IMG/VR virus record: IMGVR_UViG_3300021387_000681
Span: 27,273 to 91,272 of that record
DNA length: 64,000 nt
Reading direction: 5' to 3' (one strand)
DNA from: a virus
Lineage: Duplodnaviria; Caudoviricetes
Made by a program: the position numbers and the translations under genes. Shown in pieces: positions 12,301 to 19,332 of the stretch. Every line of letters starts with the position of its first letter. Within the stretch, counting starts at the first letter, position 1. Under the pieces are notes generated by a model. It did no database searches. It worked only from the letters and a program-made list of their open reading frames with translations, and had not been told where the DNA came from.

Positions 12301-15300
12301 TATACAAAGAATTAAAGATAGAGATGGTAATAAAATGTATGTAAAAATAAAAAAATTAGAACATAGTAATATTAAGTTAGGAAGTGACAAAATAACTAAT
12401 CCTTCATTGATGGTTGCTAAAGACCAATATGATAGAGAACTTAAAACATTCTCATATGCAAAACATATGTATATAGTTAAAGTTGCTACTAAAGATGAAA
12501 TTAGAGAATTAGATAAAAAGAATGAAGTTGATGACAATACAACTCCAATTATGATGTCTGTTGCGAGAAGAATTGAAGGAAGAAATTATGATGCTACAGC
12601 TACAGATGTATTTGATAAATTTATGCCTGCTATATTAAATAAAATATCAACTGATGCAAAAAGAGATGATATTAGAGCAACTGAATTTATGGACTTTGTT
12701 CGTCAATATGGAATAAATACTAGATTAATGAGTAGTGTTGCTAAAGATGCAAAAGCTGTATATAGAAATCTAGATTACTATACTAGACAAATGGTTAATT
12801 ATTATAAAGAACAACTAGATAAATTTGAATTGTCAAACGGAGAAATATACAGTGTAGATGATAAAGAATTATATAGAAAACTTGGAGAAGCTGATATATT
12901 AGACCAACAAAGTGATTATAATAGATTAATAAAACTTTTATTAGATGTTAAAAATATGGGAGAATATTATTCTATGATTGGTCACTTAGAAGGTCAAGAT
13001 GAAATTAATAAATATGTTGATAGTATGTTAGCAAATGTTAAGTCTTTAGCTGCTCATAAAATATATACTGCATTTGACCATTTATTTAATATTTATTTTG
13101 CTCAATTTAGTACTGACCCGCTAATAAAAGAAGGTATTATAAAACTTCGTGAACAATTTGGAGATTTAAATGCTTTAGATGCATCATTGACTGATGTTAC
13201 TCATATACGTTCAAAAGAAGTTCAAGTTGTTACTAAGATAATTAATGATACTTTGGCTAGAGTTGAACGAATAACTGCTCCTAGAGCCCAAGCTGAATTT
13301 GAAAGTAAATATGATAATATTGTTAAAAAAGCATCTACTCCTATTGATTTTACAAAAATAATAAATAAGGATGGATATTTTGTCAAAGACTACACTGAAG
13401 ATTTCATAAAAGAAAAAAGAAGAATAGATAATGAATTAGATGCTTATGTTGATGAAAATAAAAGAGACAGTGAAGGTTATTATAGAAAATGGATAGAAAA
13501 AGAAAGGTTTTATATAAATAATGTAAATCGCGAAGTTGTATCTCAATACTATAAAGATAAAGTTGATAACTTAGAAAGAGCATTAAATGAAGGAGGAAAT
13601 ATATTTATAGAATATAAGAGATTATCTAGACAGTTATATGATACAGTATATGATTATAATACTGATGAAGAAAGTAAAAGAAGAGCAAATATACAAGCTC
13701 AAATAAATGAATTACTTGAGGAATATAATGAAGAAGCCGGAGCTAAAAAATCTGATAGTATAATACTTAAAATTCGTGCTGTACAAGAATTTAGAAAACG
13801 TGAGATGGAAATTAATAAAAAGTATTATGATTATCAAGCATATGATGGATGGAAAAGTGATGTTGAACATTATACTAATATAATAAAAACTTATGATGAA
13901 ACTCATACATTACAACCTCATGATATTAAAATGAAAAATGCTGAATATGCTGAAGCTTGGAATTGGATACATAGCAATACTTATAGAACTATTTCTCAAG
14001 AAACTAAGGCTACTATAAATAATTTGCGTAGAAGTGTATATGGAGATGCAGATTATAAAGGTAGTGTTGCAAGAAGATTAGCTAAAGAAAGAGAAGGAGT
14101 TCTTGGTGAAAATAACAGAATGGATGCTAGAAACTTTACTGATGATGATATAAGAAAAATTAAACAAGACTTTGTAGCTAAACATTCTAGATATAGTACA
14201 GTTGATGGAACGAATAAATCGCTATTAAAATATGTTCCAGAGCAACCAATTCTAACCGATGCTTTTTGGAATGAGTTTAATAAGTTATATAATCCAAATA
14301 TATCTAGAGCTGATAAACATAGAACTCATCTAATTATAAATAAAATAATAGAGCCATATTTTGATAAGAATACAGGTAAATTAGATACCATTAGTTTAGT
14401 AAAATATTTGGAAAATCATTTAGATGTATATAATGAACTCAAAAACGCTTATGAATCATTGAGAGCTAGAAAAGGTGGAGGTAAACAAAGTAGAGCGTTT
14501 ATTGAACATTTTAAGAATACTATGGAAATGGCTTATAATAAACAGGCTTATGATGAAGAAAAAGCTATATTAGATGATGGATATAATAATATTTCCTCTA
14601 CGGGGAAAAAGTCAATTAGCAAAAAAGCATATAATATTTGGATGGATTTATTTACAGTTCTTGATAAAGATAATTCATTAGTTCCTAGATTTGAAGTATT
14701 TGGATATTTTAAAATTAAAGATGAAAAATACATAAACAAAGCAAAAACTGAAGCTAGAGATAAACTTAGAAGAAATGTTAGATACACTCCTAATGAATAC
14801 TATTACGATGCTAGAGCAAAAGCTATTGCTGAAGGTAAATATGATCAATGGTTTGAATTAAATCATGTATATAATACAGATACTGGTAATTGGGAGCCTC
14901 TTAGAATATGGACACAGATGGAACTAAGAGAAGATAATGAATTTGGTGATGAATATCAATATGTTCCTACTTTTGATAATTCTAGAAAATTAGTTAAAGA
15001 TGAATTTAAAAATAAAAATTGGAAGAAAGGACAACTCAGATATAATTCAACTACAGGAAATTATAATAACGGAATACAATTAACAGCTGATGAACAAAGA
15101 ATGAAAGAATTTCTTCAAGAAACTGTTAAAAGTGCGGCTTATAATATTGCTACAAGGAGAGCTGCTGAATCAGGTATGGCACCAAGAATGATTGCTGCTG
15201 AACCATGGAATACTGTTAAGATATTTAAAGAGATTTTCAATACTGTAGGATTAACAATAGACAAAAGTTGGAAACTTCCAAATGATAATAGAGGAATGGT

Positions 15301-17560
15301 AACATACAATGATGATAGACAAGTAGAAAATGGAATGCTTCAACTTATAAAGACTAAAGGTTGGGAAAAGGAAAAGAAAATAGAACAGCAAACTGCTGCT
15401 CAAACTGATGAACAATATAGACAATATGTTAGAAGTATTCAAGCTGAAAATGAAGAAATAAGAAAACGAAACTTAGAACGAGAAAGAGCTGTTAGAAGTA
15501 ATGATTGGAGAAAAGTATTTAGTGAATTTGTAAAAGCTAGTACTTTATTTAAAGGAAAAGAACTTGCTAAAAATACTGCTCATATATTATTAGAAGAATT
15601 AAATATGAATAATGCTTATGCAATAAGTAGTAGAGGAGGTATATCTAGAAATAGTAAAGAGTCTGCTTTAGATTACAACGCTCCTAATACTGAAATGCAA
15701 AGACATATTTATGATGTTGTTAATAATTGGGTCAAAAGAAGAATATTTGATGATTATCATGATAGAAGTAAAGCTCGTTCATTTGCAAATAGTATTCAAC
15801 AGTTTACTAGTGCTAAATTTATGATTGGTAATATGTGGTCAGGTATAACCAATGTTACTATGGGTTGGACTAATATGGCTATGGAAACTTTTGCGGGTGA
15901 ATATTTTGAAAAGAAAGATTGCTGGGATGCAAGTTGGGAATATGCTGGTGGAGCTTTGAGTTATGTTCAAGGATTAATTGGTGGAGAACGTACTAGATTT
16001 ACAAATAAAGCTGATGCATTAATTCATTATTTTAATGTGATAGAATATGACAGATTATTAGAACGTAGAGATAATGAAAATATTGATGAATATTCTCAAA
16101 GACTTCGCAAAATACTTTATCTTAATCAATCTGGAGGTGAACATTTAATGCAAAATAGCGTTTTACTTGCTGCACTTAAAGGAACTAGAATTTGGTTTGA
16201 TAGAAGTAGAAATAAAGCTCAATTAGTTTCTAAACAACAATTAAGATATGAATATGAACACAAAGCACTAAGTAAAGTTCTAGATCGTTTTCCTGTTTAT
16301 AAACAAGCATTTGAAGCATTTAAGCAATCTATTAGTGAAAATAAATATGAACTATTTCAATATGATAAACGTAAGAAAGATTTAGCTTCAGAATTTATTA
16401 GATTAATATATCATAATGATGTTCCAGGTCATACTATAGAAAAAACTATAGGAGAACAAATAAAGAACGCATTTATTGAAGAACGTAAGAAAGCTGTAGA
16501 AGAAGCAGATGCTAAATTTGAAACTTTAAATACAGTATATGACCAAATTCAATTTATTGATGGCAAAATAGAAATAAAAAATCAAACTGATAATGATGGA
16601 AATATAATAACTCATTCTGGAGATGTTGGTTATTTAACTGAGCAACTAGTAGGAGATATGGCAAATAGAGTTATATCAATTAATAAAAAGATTCATGGTG
16701 TATATGATAAAGATGGAGCTGCTATGTTGGAACGTAAATGGTATGGAAGTCTTTTAATGCAATATCATAAGCATATTTGGCCTGGTATTATGAAACATTG
16801 GCGAAATAGAGGATATTGGAATGAATATAGAGGTACTAGAGAAAGAGGTATGTATACTGATTTATTTTCTTATTTCAACCATAGTTTGCATTTAGTTGAT
16901 GAATGGAAAAAATCTGCTAAAGTTCCTGAAAATGGATTTGTGGATAATTTTGTTAATTCATTAAAATCTCTTGGAACTATAGGTTCAGAACTTAAACTTA
17001 ATTGGCAATTAATGCCTACTGAACAACGAAATAATATGGCTAGAATATTTGGTGAACTTGCTGGATTAAGTGCTGTATTCTTAACAGGCATGCTTGTGTA
17101 TGCATTATATGATGATGAAGAAGAAGTACATAATAGTGGATTTGCATCTAATGCTATATATTTGGCTGATAGATTAGCATCTGAAATTATAATGTATAAT
17201 GGCTATGGTACATGGCAAGAAGTACAAACTCTTTGGAGTAATCCTGTTGCAGGTGGAGCTTTCTTTGCGGATGCTTTAAAAGCTGCTACTCTTACAATGG
17301 AATTTATGATAGATCCAGACTTTGATAGTACTTATGATAAAGGTCCATATAAAGGTATGTCTAAATGGGAAGTTCTTGCTAGACGTAACTTCTGGCTTAC
17401 TAGACTTGGACTTAGATTTACTACTATTGGTGCTAATAATAAGTATTATAGAATTGGAAATAAATCTATTATTCTTAATGCTGCTAAAAAAGCTGTTGGA
17501 TTTGATAATCCTAATGATGAAGATACAGATTTTAATACTGGTACACGTTTTGAACAATAA
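3371..17560 (+). CDS. Giant virion-associated DNA-dependent RNA polymerase (two-barrel, crAss type) with a long C-terminal cargo region
   Basis: 4729 aa; catalytic GADFDTD (DFDTD at nt 8468-8482) preceded by NRIPTEGKQS; DAQSY and QIKNAE motifs; hydrophobic helix near the C-terminus. Confidence 0.9.
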   Translation: MADCITQGTNYGEKIDNVLDEISQQVDVFHGDADKLVLEAQLTSGEFLKELTKFVRNNKDVAEIFDSRNVPYNNFRKITISDLEKIIQVNQVKKFIKDYYIDSHPSVNNSTTDGIEFDTVGFTSGKIKNLAYKNVAQTILRTHVENMSRPIESRRDKDGVMAETVQRLTDEFFDNIVQIKLNNKGKKLDRIPTLVSAYKQATSSFNSLASAIKKNIDEINRLRELGKNFPTKFKEFTQEQLSEFNKYKNKIAELERTNIDLKNQLTQKYNTRFILGYSIIQNVADSGNSVDIRAKNWANMIYKLRSDYYGFIRRSLSIGGYQELLKEYSDTLDETDYKEFQDNNIIIDEEYFKIDDSRDTTTKNWNDAIPRDFNSLVKTENELYLRAIPKLNSVIEIKDNNRLIDYDTNNDLGINEFMDYDVVKNNIISNVDISSREAFLDSLMKRATSVPELAGLSKIYYDCIDDPILLNRLMKQFEYHLYEKTRVSTLNGNSINRSNNRSNNLNTLYWDLTNQVRFSKYHAYDSYNVNRLAPLVRLKIINGKLNDSKLFDKSNIKEGNTVFDDGVQLIKDMMLAVFNNFDTRIIDNYLNEVKTEAEKGERLGKLATSVNRLYDEIKDWANIYADEAAKVKASQQLKVSGQDLANKSLYEIFTDEGETETELYEIDQDRINQANQRIESTVLSICQMISEYSISKNEYTSIGVEGNRSSDIIKNSWISRFNDTMQYGTKEDPNKGVHDLINTFRKGDPDSNQYAYNPLLYGSFLYNDSGTVNRDSIVPGMFNKNTNKLHKNVRDFLVPRLFDGVDTGSKYRNVTYNSMSGNDYLITKFMNFHYPMYSLEGGIHHQLVTGERLANYFLRVPSDATHNYTVQYCRLSDIQIESALTSHLKQELCNFIANLTNVFEFNKTKGVYEITTDKNKINRLFKFAHLSKDGNIVENKQLAGNFFNFIKFFNTGGKDYNDIIKRTLSLYGDGTIDSLIKVSRGKLYLDPNSRLFKLYINEINNGNDGVKRFQLKDSVELTKQLHEIVKEWKKDYLAEQKELLKDKLDRLRETDGYYSDESKTKENGKENKVVGDYTEKDIDEFLLNDLNMFMTMDEFFDGNGGYYKNSQDYLKRAKQVQAGGESYAVGDKFGSDFTGLQNIKAIGTQDNIKIVTKNGVQLNIGATNKPIEIRNGFRGIIIKNTNKPADRYQSYEDEMFKIFKNELLKLNKVISNPLTEEQINDKARIRAQRSVSAFKEDTTVNDAQSYITLDEFIRRTWIDGTFNDYAPLFERLKDIEKAYAKVKSLRENGDAEQLKQASDELEKLRNNIDVAALGARIQVQKNFYFDHQFDEVLNNYYSRQIKNAEFVLIKGLLGEGSDLDKLYDLMIKNGIDQVNTAETSKASNRTPLVYWDNEGKVDEAFEKNLTSDSKYIENYYYKYLYKQQDNPQHMENARNKFGLQIQVKIPDNIRLDNEYVRGKLQNYFDAYRTKIDKTHNEMLNDMGYKYKDGKIVNISNESEELDPYDFYKLALEEATRLGVNSQFMEYLEPDPITRYPKMPNYMNLVSTKIENVIQALYNSRITRQKMPGWHAVQVTSMGTDKKLQYHPEGWYNAKEHKYIDNDEYNKLEDKTGWEKSNMPIIDIRIPRWDKSIPRDMPEEELINKLKEAGLDQQIINRIPTEGKQSIAVARVVGFIDDIYGSTILLPDEWVTQTGADFDTDSVYSMYHHMRYDKKKKMFIKEKFFNPNDYKGEDKEKAFRKQYTKFVREAVREKIERKRITADDHDAKWKEAYDEFNNTQEKNELQLQFDSIEFAKSGKVEDSDTGELNIKKSGVYYRLPREAQDVLRSVKHDKSKYNGDRKASYKDRLKKEIDALIDYTKTTGKWTASIQKYINYCNDLLDIFAKQEELLSDRFELEDVKERYKELMKEVAGEVSEENFKAIQAKAAELGIVDFETFKTLPVEEMNTNKALDNRVIDSLMEILKDPSSREENYATSNFIDISEAMRIMSDTMGMSSQLATMYDTNSQIRNFVNAMSGTKLKGMSVNLDTFLSKTSMGRARIGGDFYKKIRIKYDLTRKDDKGNPIYDKDAIKYSFGSENVEDYGDYIIVTHHNMGWSNDNKNVAGKIISMYSSETTAHTLDAMKVGSAYNVNEFTFKAYKLMPMIGSDYYTTMAFIYQPAISRLNVEHDKLNSAYNNSSGNEIRNATKNIIKEILTALDDKEGLKLHGYFDLIKYISTNEKVKPIFEQLLGTTIDGGKNTYQNVDKIFDISLMIERLDHVKDFNNEFNYKFNVDDGRDINDKLRDACIDLIMLSQYDVLSNLGNHINKIAQVSKPEKIGAAQTIYETKRIIRRINDITGRTELLRDSEGYVDSRSEDEIKEDKATAKCLLVDIKDSEGKSTPVGFLNALFPTESDNKTIIPENSFYPFIAQMYKSSTIASVEINSRLFRLEDEKYYRIIADVEQKIGRRLNPDQAKEFKKYLMGYVYTRVPALALPLDIDENGKISSKYGMDDLDIRDEEIRRVNGFATRSGSLRIKNVNNPTEAEIEEYKKLTPAQKVLFVQRSFRDGKGIFGLISAESARPQDVVLGKGSGQRISFNDEAVDIETMFEEFTKSFSNKNPLIRLAAIDLVKYALLVENHNFGKNKVSKFIINDALYNGTNNYGLNVVEESSRILDNEIGKDLISDEFIRRFIRSHSEIAPTVRIFYKTKNEIGESDVTAEQKGLIKCLKHANGIIIIPKVESKEGVKLNDVDNNIQAFREKIEEFGDKYINLSYRRYSEDAMGSSIERRANVLYEVRMLDDGTYFLIPHTRLDRNEQQKYSYIKDNNNRETYTDTDPATGITKNTANKFFIEEYYESIFDEFKRDINPVDDDGQFVSSDSKTVFSLIKKHIDNVNKEIAKKVEAPRQIKSENDAVNDRNLLDKLSTNPDINRPYLKPQVDKFIEAINGGNPRIAKFRENKYGINGSENIQNKVYVYNVSPDIRNMFPVGKWVIQRIKDRDGNKMYVKIKKLEHSNIKLGSDKITNPSLMVAKDQYDRELKTFSYAKHMYIVKVATKDEIRELDKKNEVDDNTTPIMMSVARRIEGRNYDATATDVFDKFMPAILNKISTDAKRDDIRATEFMDFVRQYGINTRLMSSVAKDAKAVYRNLDYYTRQMVNYYKEQLDKFELSNGEIYSVDDKELYRKLGEADILDQQSDYNRLIKLLLDVKNMGEYYSMIGHLEGQDEINKYVDSMLANVKSLAAHKIYTAFDHLFNIYFAQFSTDPLIKEGIIKLREQFGDLNALDASLTDVTHIRSKEVQVVTKIINDTLARVERITAPRAQAEFESKYDNIVKKASTPIDFTKIINKDGYFVKDYTEDFIKEKRRIDNELDAYVDENKRDSEGYYRKWIEKERFYINNVNREVVSQYYKDKVDNLERALNEGGNIFIEYKRLSRQLYDTVYDYNTDEESKRRANIQAQINELLEEYNEEAGAKKSDSIILKIRAVQEFRKREMEINKKYYDYQAYDGWKSDVEHYTNIIKTYDETHTLQPHDIKMKNAEYAEAWNWIHSNTYRTISQETKATINNLRRSVYGDADYKGSVARRLAKEREGVLGENNRMDARNFTDDDIRKIKQDFVAKHSRYSTVDGTNKSLLKYVPEQPILTDAFWNEFNKLYNPNISRADKHRTHLIINKIIEPYFDKNTGKLDTISLVKYLENHLDVYNELKNAYESLRARKGGGKQSRAFIEHFKNTMEMAYNKQAYDEEKAILDDGYNNISSTGKKSISKKAYNIWMDLFTVLDKDNSLVPRFEVFGYFKIKDEKYINKAKTEARDKLRRNVRYTPNEYYYDARAKAIAEGKYDQWFELNHVYNTDTGNWEPLRIWTQMELREDNEFGDEYQYVPTFDNSRKLVKDEFKNKNWKKGQLRYNSTTGNYNNGIQLTADEQRMKEFLQETVKSAAYNIATRRAAESGMAPRMIAAEPWNTVKIFKEIFNTVGLTIDKSWKLPNDNRGMVTYNDDRQVENGMLQLIKTKGWEKEKKIEQQTAAQTDEQYRQYVRSIQAENEEIRKRNLERERAVRSNDWRKVFSEFVKASTLFKGKELAKNTAHILLEELNMNNAYAISSRGGISRNSKESALDYNAPNTEMQRHIYDVVNNWVKRRIFDDYHDRSKARSFANSIQQFTSAKFMIGNMWSGITNVTMGWTNMAMETFAGEYFEKKDCWDASWEYAGGALSYVQGLIGGERTRFTNKADALIHYFNVIEYDRLLERRDNENIDEYSQRLRKILYLNQSGGEHLMQNSVLLAALKGTRIWFDRSRNKAQLVSKQQLRYEYEHKALSKVLDRFPVYKQAFEAFKQSISENKYELFQYDKRKKDLASEFIRLIYHNDVPGHTIEKTIGEQIKNAFIEERKKAVEEADAKFETLNTVYDQIQFIDGKIEIKNQTDNDGNIITHSGDVGYLTEQLVGDMANRVISINKKIHGVYDKDGAAMLERKWYGSLLMQYHKHIWPGIMKHWRNRGYWNEYRGTRERGMYTDLFSYFNHSLHLVDEWKKSAKVPENGFVDNFVNSLKSLGTIGSELKLNWQLMPTEQRNNMARIFGELAGLSAVFLTGMLVYALYDDEEEVHNSGFASNAIYLADRLASEIIMYNGYGTWQEVQTLWSNPVAGGAFFADALKAATLTMEFMIDPDFDSTYDKGPYKGMSKWEVLARRNFWLTRLGLRFTTIGANNKYYRIGNKSIILNAAKKAVGFDNPNDEDTDFNTGTRFEQ
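6274..6288 (-). repeat. Dispersed CCCCGTA motif copy 2 (in RNAP CDS)
   Basis: TTCCCTCTACGGGGA. Confidence 0.9.
9201..9214 (+). repeat. Dispersed CCCCGTA motif copy 3 (in RNAP CDS)
   Basis: TCCCCGTAGAGGAA. Confidence 0.9.
14592..14608 (-). repeat. Dispersed CCCCGTA motif copy 4 (in RNAP CDS)
   Basis: TTTCCTCTACGGGGAAA. Confidence 0.9.
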
Positions 17561-17571
17561 TATTGTGCAAT

Positions 17572-17620
17572 AAAAAATGCCCACACAAGCTAATTAAAGC
17601 TCAGTGTGGGCATTTGTTTT
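17572..17620. terminator. Bidirectional intrinsic terminator where the two gene blocks converge
   Basis: AAATGCCCACAC...GTGTGGGCATTT stem flanked by an A-run and a T-run, between convergent genes. Confidence 0.85.
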
Positions 17621-17646
17621 ATGCAATGACTAACTATATTAGATTA

Positions 17647-18051
17647 TTATTTATCTTCAGAAGTAGCTTTATTTAGCTTACTCTTAGATGTCTTTTTAGC
17701 AGGTTTAAGTCTAGCAACAAGTTTATCAATATCAGCATCACTTAATTCTAAAGTAGCAGAACCTTTTATAGAACTATTAACAAAGTTAGCAATCGTTTTA
17801 ATAATTTCAAGTTGATTTTTCTTTATTGTACTAAGATCATTAAAGATATAATCTTCATTCTTGTAAACATTATCTCTGTACTTAACAAGAATATCTCTAT
17901 TCTTTTTTATTTCATCTACTATACATTTTAAATACTCTTCTGTTTGATGATTAAAATTATTAGTATATTGTTTTAAATTAGATACTCTTGCTGTTAGAGC
18001 AATATTTAAAACAACTAAAATAACTAATACAGCTAAAATTAAAGTTTCCAT
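17647..18051 (-). CDS. Hypothetical membrane-anchored coiled-coil protein
   Basis: N-terminal hydrophobic helix (METLILAVLVILVVL); ATG at 18051 preferred over the GTG that sits inside the repeat motif. Confidence 0.7.
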   Translation of the reverse strand: METLILAVLVILVVLNIALTARVSNLKQYTNNFNHQTEEYLKCIVDEIKKNRDILVKYRDNVYKNEDYIFNDLSTIKKNQLEIIKTIANFVNSSIKGSATLELSDADIDKLVARLKPAKKTSKSKLNKATSEDK

Positions 18052-18078
18052 TTTGTCAAACGTTTGATAAATTAATAA

Positions 18079-18093
18079 TTCCACTACGGGGAA
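18079..18093 (-). repeat. Dispersed CCCCGTA motif copy 5 (intergenic)
   Basis: TTCCACTACGGGGAA. Confidence 0.9.
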
Positions 18094-18109
18094 AACATTA
18101 ATTAAGCTC

Positions 18110-18123
18110 TCCCCGTAGATGGA
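18110..18123 (+). repeat. Dispersed CCCCGTA motif copy 6 (intergenic, inverted relative to copy 5)
   Basis: TCCCCGTAGATGGA. Confidence 0.9.
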
Positions 18124-18127
18124 TAAA

Positions 18128-18316
18128 TTAAGCTAAAATTACTTTTAAAGCATTACCACAATGAGGACAACTTGTACTAATTGCATAACCAGATTCTATA
18201 TTCCATTCATCTTCTATACTGAAATTAAATTGAATATTCTCTTCGCATCTAGGACATTCACCTTCATAAATAGATAATACTTGATTAAATGTTACATAAC
18301 ATTCTTGCTCATTCAT
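18128..18316 (-). CDS. Small zinc-ribbon protein
   Basis: CPRC...CPHC. Confidence 0.7.
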   Translation of the reverse strand: MNEQECYVTFNQVLSIYEGECPRCEENIQFNFSIEDEWNIESGYAISTSCPHCGNALKVILA

Positions 18317-18599
18317 AGTCGCCTACTAAATCACTTGTAACAGCTGTAAGATATACATCTTTTACTCTATCATCATAAGATAACTCAATTTCTTCTTTAA
18401 ATGAACGAATAATAAGTATTTTAAGATAATCAGTCATGAAATCAAGTTGATACTTTAATAATGTTAAAGGACAAGAAAGTTCAAAATCTAGTTCACAATT
18501 ATTAGCTTTAGCAATCATAAGTCTAAGTTTAATAACTTTTTCTTCTAGCTGATAATACTCATTTATAAATCTTTTTTGATAATCTTTTAAAACTGCCAT
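18309..18599 (-). CDS. crAss001_48-like helical hairpin protein
   Basis: RFINEYYQL..KL...LL..QL..M..YL.IL..R pattern typical of that family (from memory). Confidence 0.65.
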   Translation of the reverse strand: MAVLKDYQKRFINEYYQLEEKVIKLRLMIAKANNCELDFELSCPLTLLKYQLDFMTDYLKILIIRSFKEEIELSYDDRVKDVYLTAVTSDLVGDYE

Positions 18600-18602
18600 A
18601 AT

Positions 18603-18848
18603 TTAAAGTTTTAAATTGTCTGCTGTAGGTTCAATTTTACTACCAGTATTTGGATCTTTACTACTCGGATAAGGATTAGGTTGATTAAGACGTTTTAAAT
18701 CCATACCCAACCACATTACTGCTTCTTGAAGTTTAGTTATTGCTATACTAACTTCTCTACAAGAATCAAGACATTTAACTTCTTGAATCTTCTCATCAAT
18801 GTCTTTTCTTAGTTGTTTAATTTTTACAACTTCATTATACAAATCCAT
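18603..18848 (-). CDS. Acb2/Tad1-hairpin-like protein (candidate cyclic-nucleotide sponge)
   Basis: SCREVSIAITKLQEAVMWL resembles the Tad1/Acb2 hairpin signature; start placed at MDLYNE. Confidence 0.55.
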   Translation of the reverse strand: MDLYNEVVKIKQLRKDIDEKIQEVKCLDSCREVSIAITKLQEAVMWLGMDLKRLNQPNPYPSSKDPNTGSKIEPTADNLKL

Positions 18849-18894
18849 AATATTTACTTTTAATATTAGTTTGTCTAAATTATCATTAAACCAT

Positions 18895-19329
18895 TTATTT
18901 ACCAGTACTACCGTGACCTCCTTCACCTCTTTCAGTTTTAGATAGTTCGGTTGTTTCTTCTAATTCAATAGAAGGATAAGGAAGTATAATTAATTGAGCT
19001 ATTTTATCACCAATATAATATGGCTGAGCGCCATTAATCATATCTCTATTTTTAAATGTTACGAATATTTCTCCTCTATATCCACTATCAATTACTCCTA
19101 CATGATTCGTCATATAAGCAAAAGTTTTTCTATTAGAACTTCTAGGAAAAATTAAACCTACATGACCTTCTGGAATTTCAATGGCTAGTCCAGTACCATA
19201 AATATGATTGTCTTTATCATCTTTTTCATGAGAAATAGCAATCAAATCCATACCAGCATCGCCAGGTTTAGCATACTTTGGAATAACAGCTCTTTCGTCT
19301 AATTTTTTAATTTTAATTTTAAGTTTCAT
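18895..19329 (-). CDS. dut: dUTPase (trimeric)
   Basis: GDAGMDL, PRSS, GVIDSGYRGE, KIAQL and RGEGGHGSTG motifs. Confidence 0.97.
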   Translation of the reverse strand: MKLKIKIKKLDERAVIPKYAKPGDAGMDLIAISHEKDDKDNHIYGTGLAIEIPEGHVGLIFPRSSNRKTFAYMTNHVGVIDSGYRGEIFVTFKNRDMINGAQPYYIGDKIAQLIILPYPSIELEETTELSKTERGEGGHGSTGK

Positions 19330-19332
19330 AGT

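Noticed and set aside
8013-17584. Short antisense or alternate-frame ORFs inside the giant genes (and similar ones elsewhere, e.g. 30909-31367, 44956-45387, 52457-52849)
   Set aside because: Shadow ORFs with I/F/S-biased composition, fully overlapped by well-supported genes
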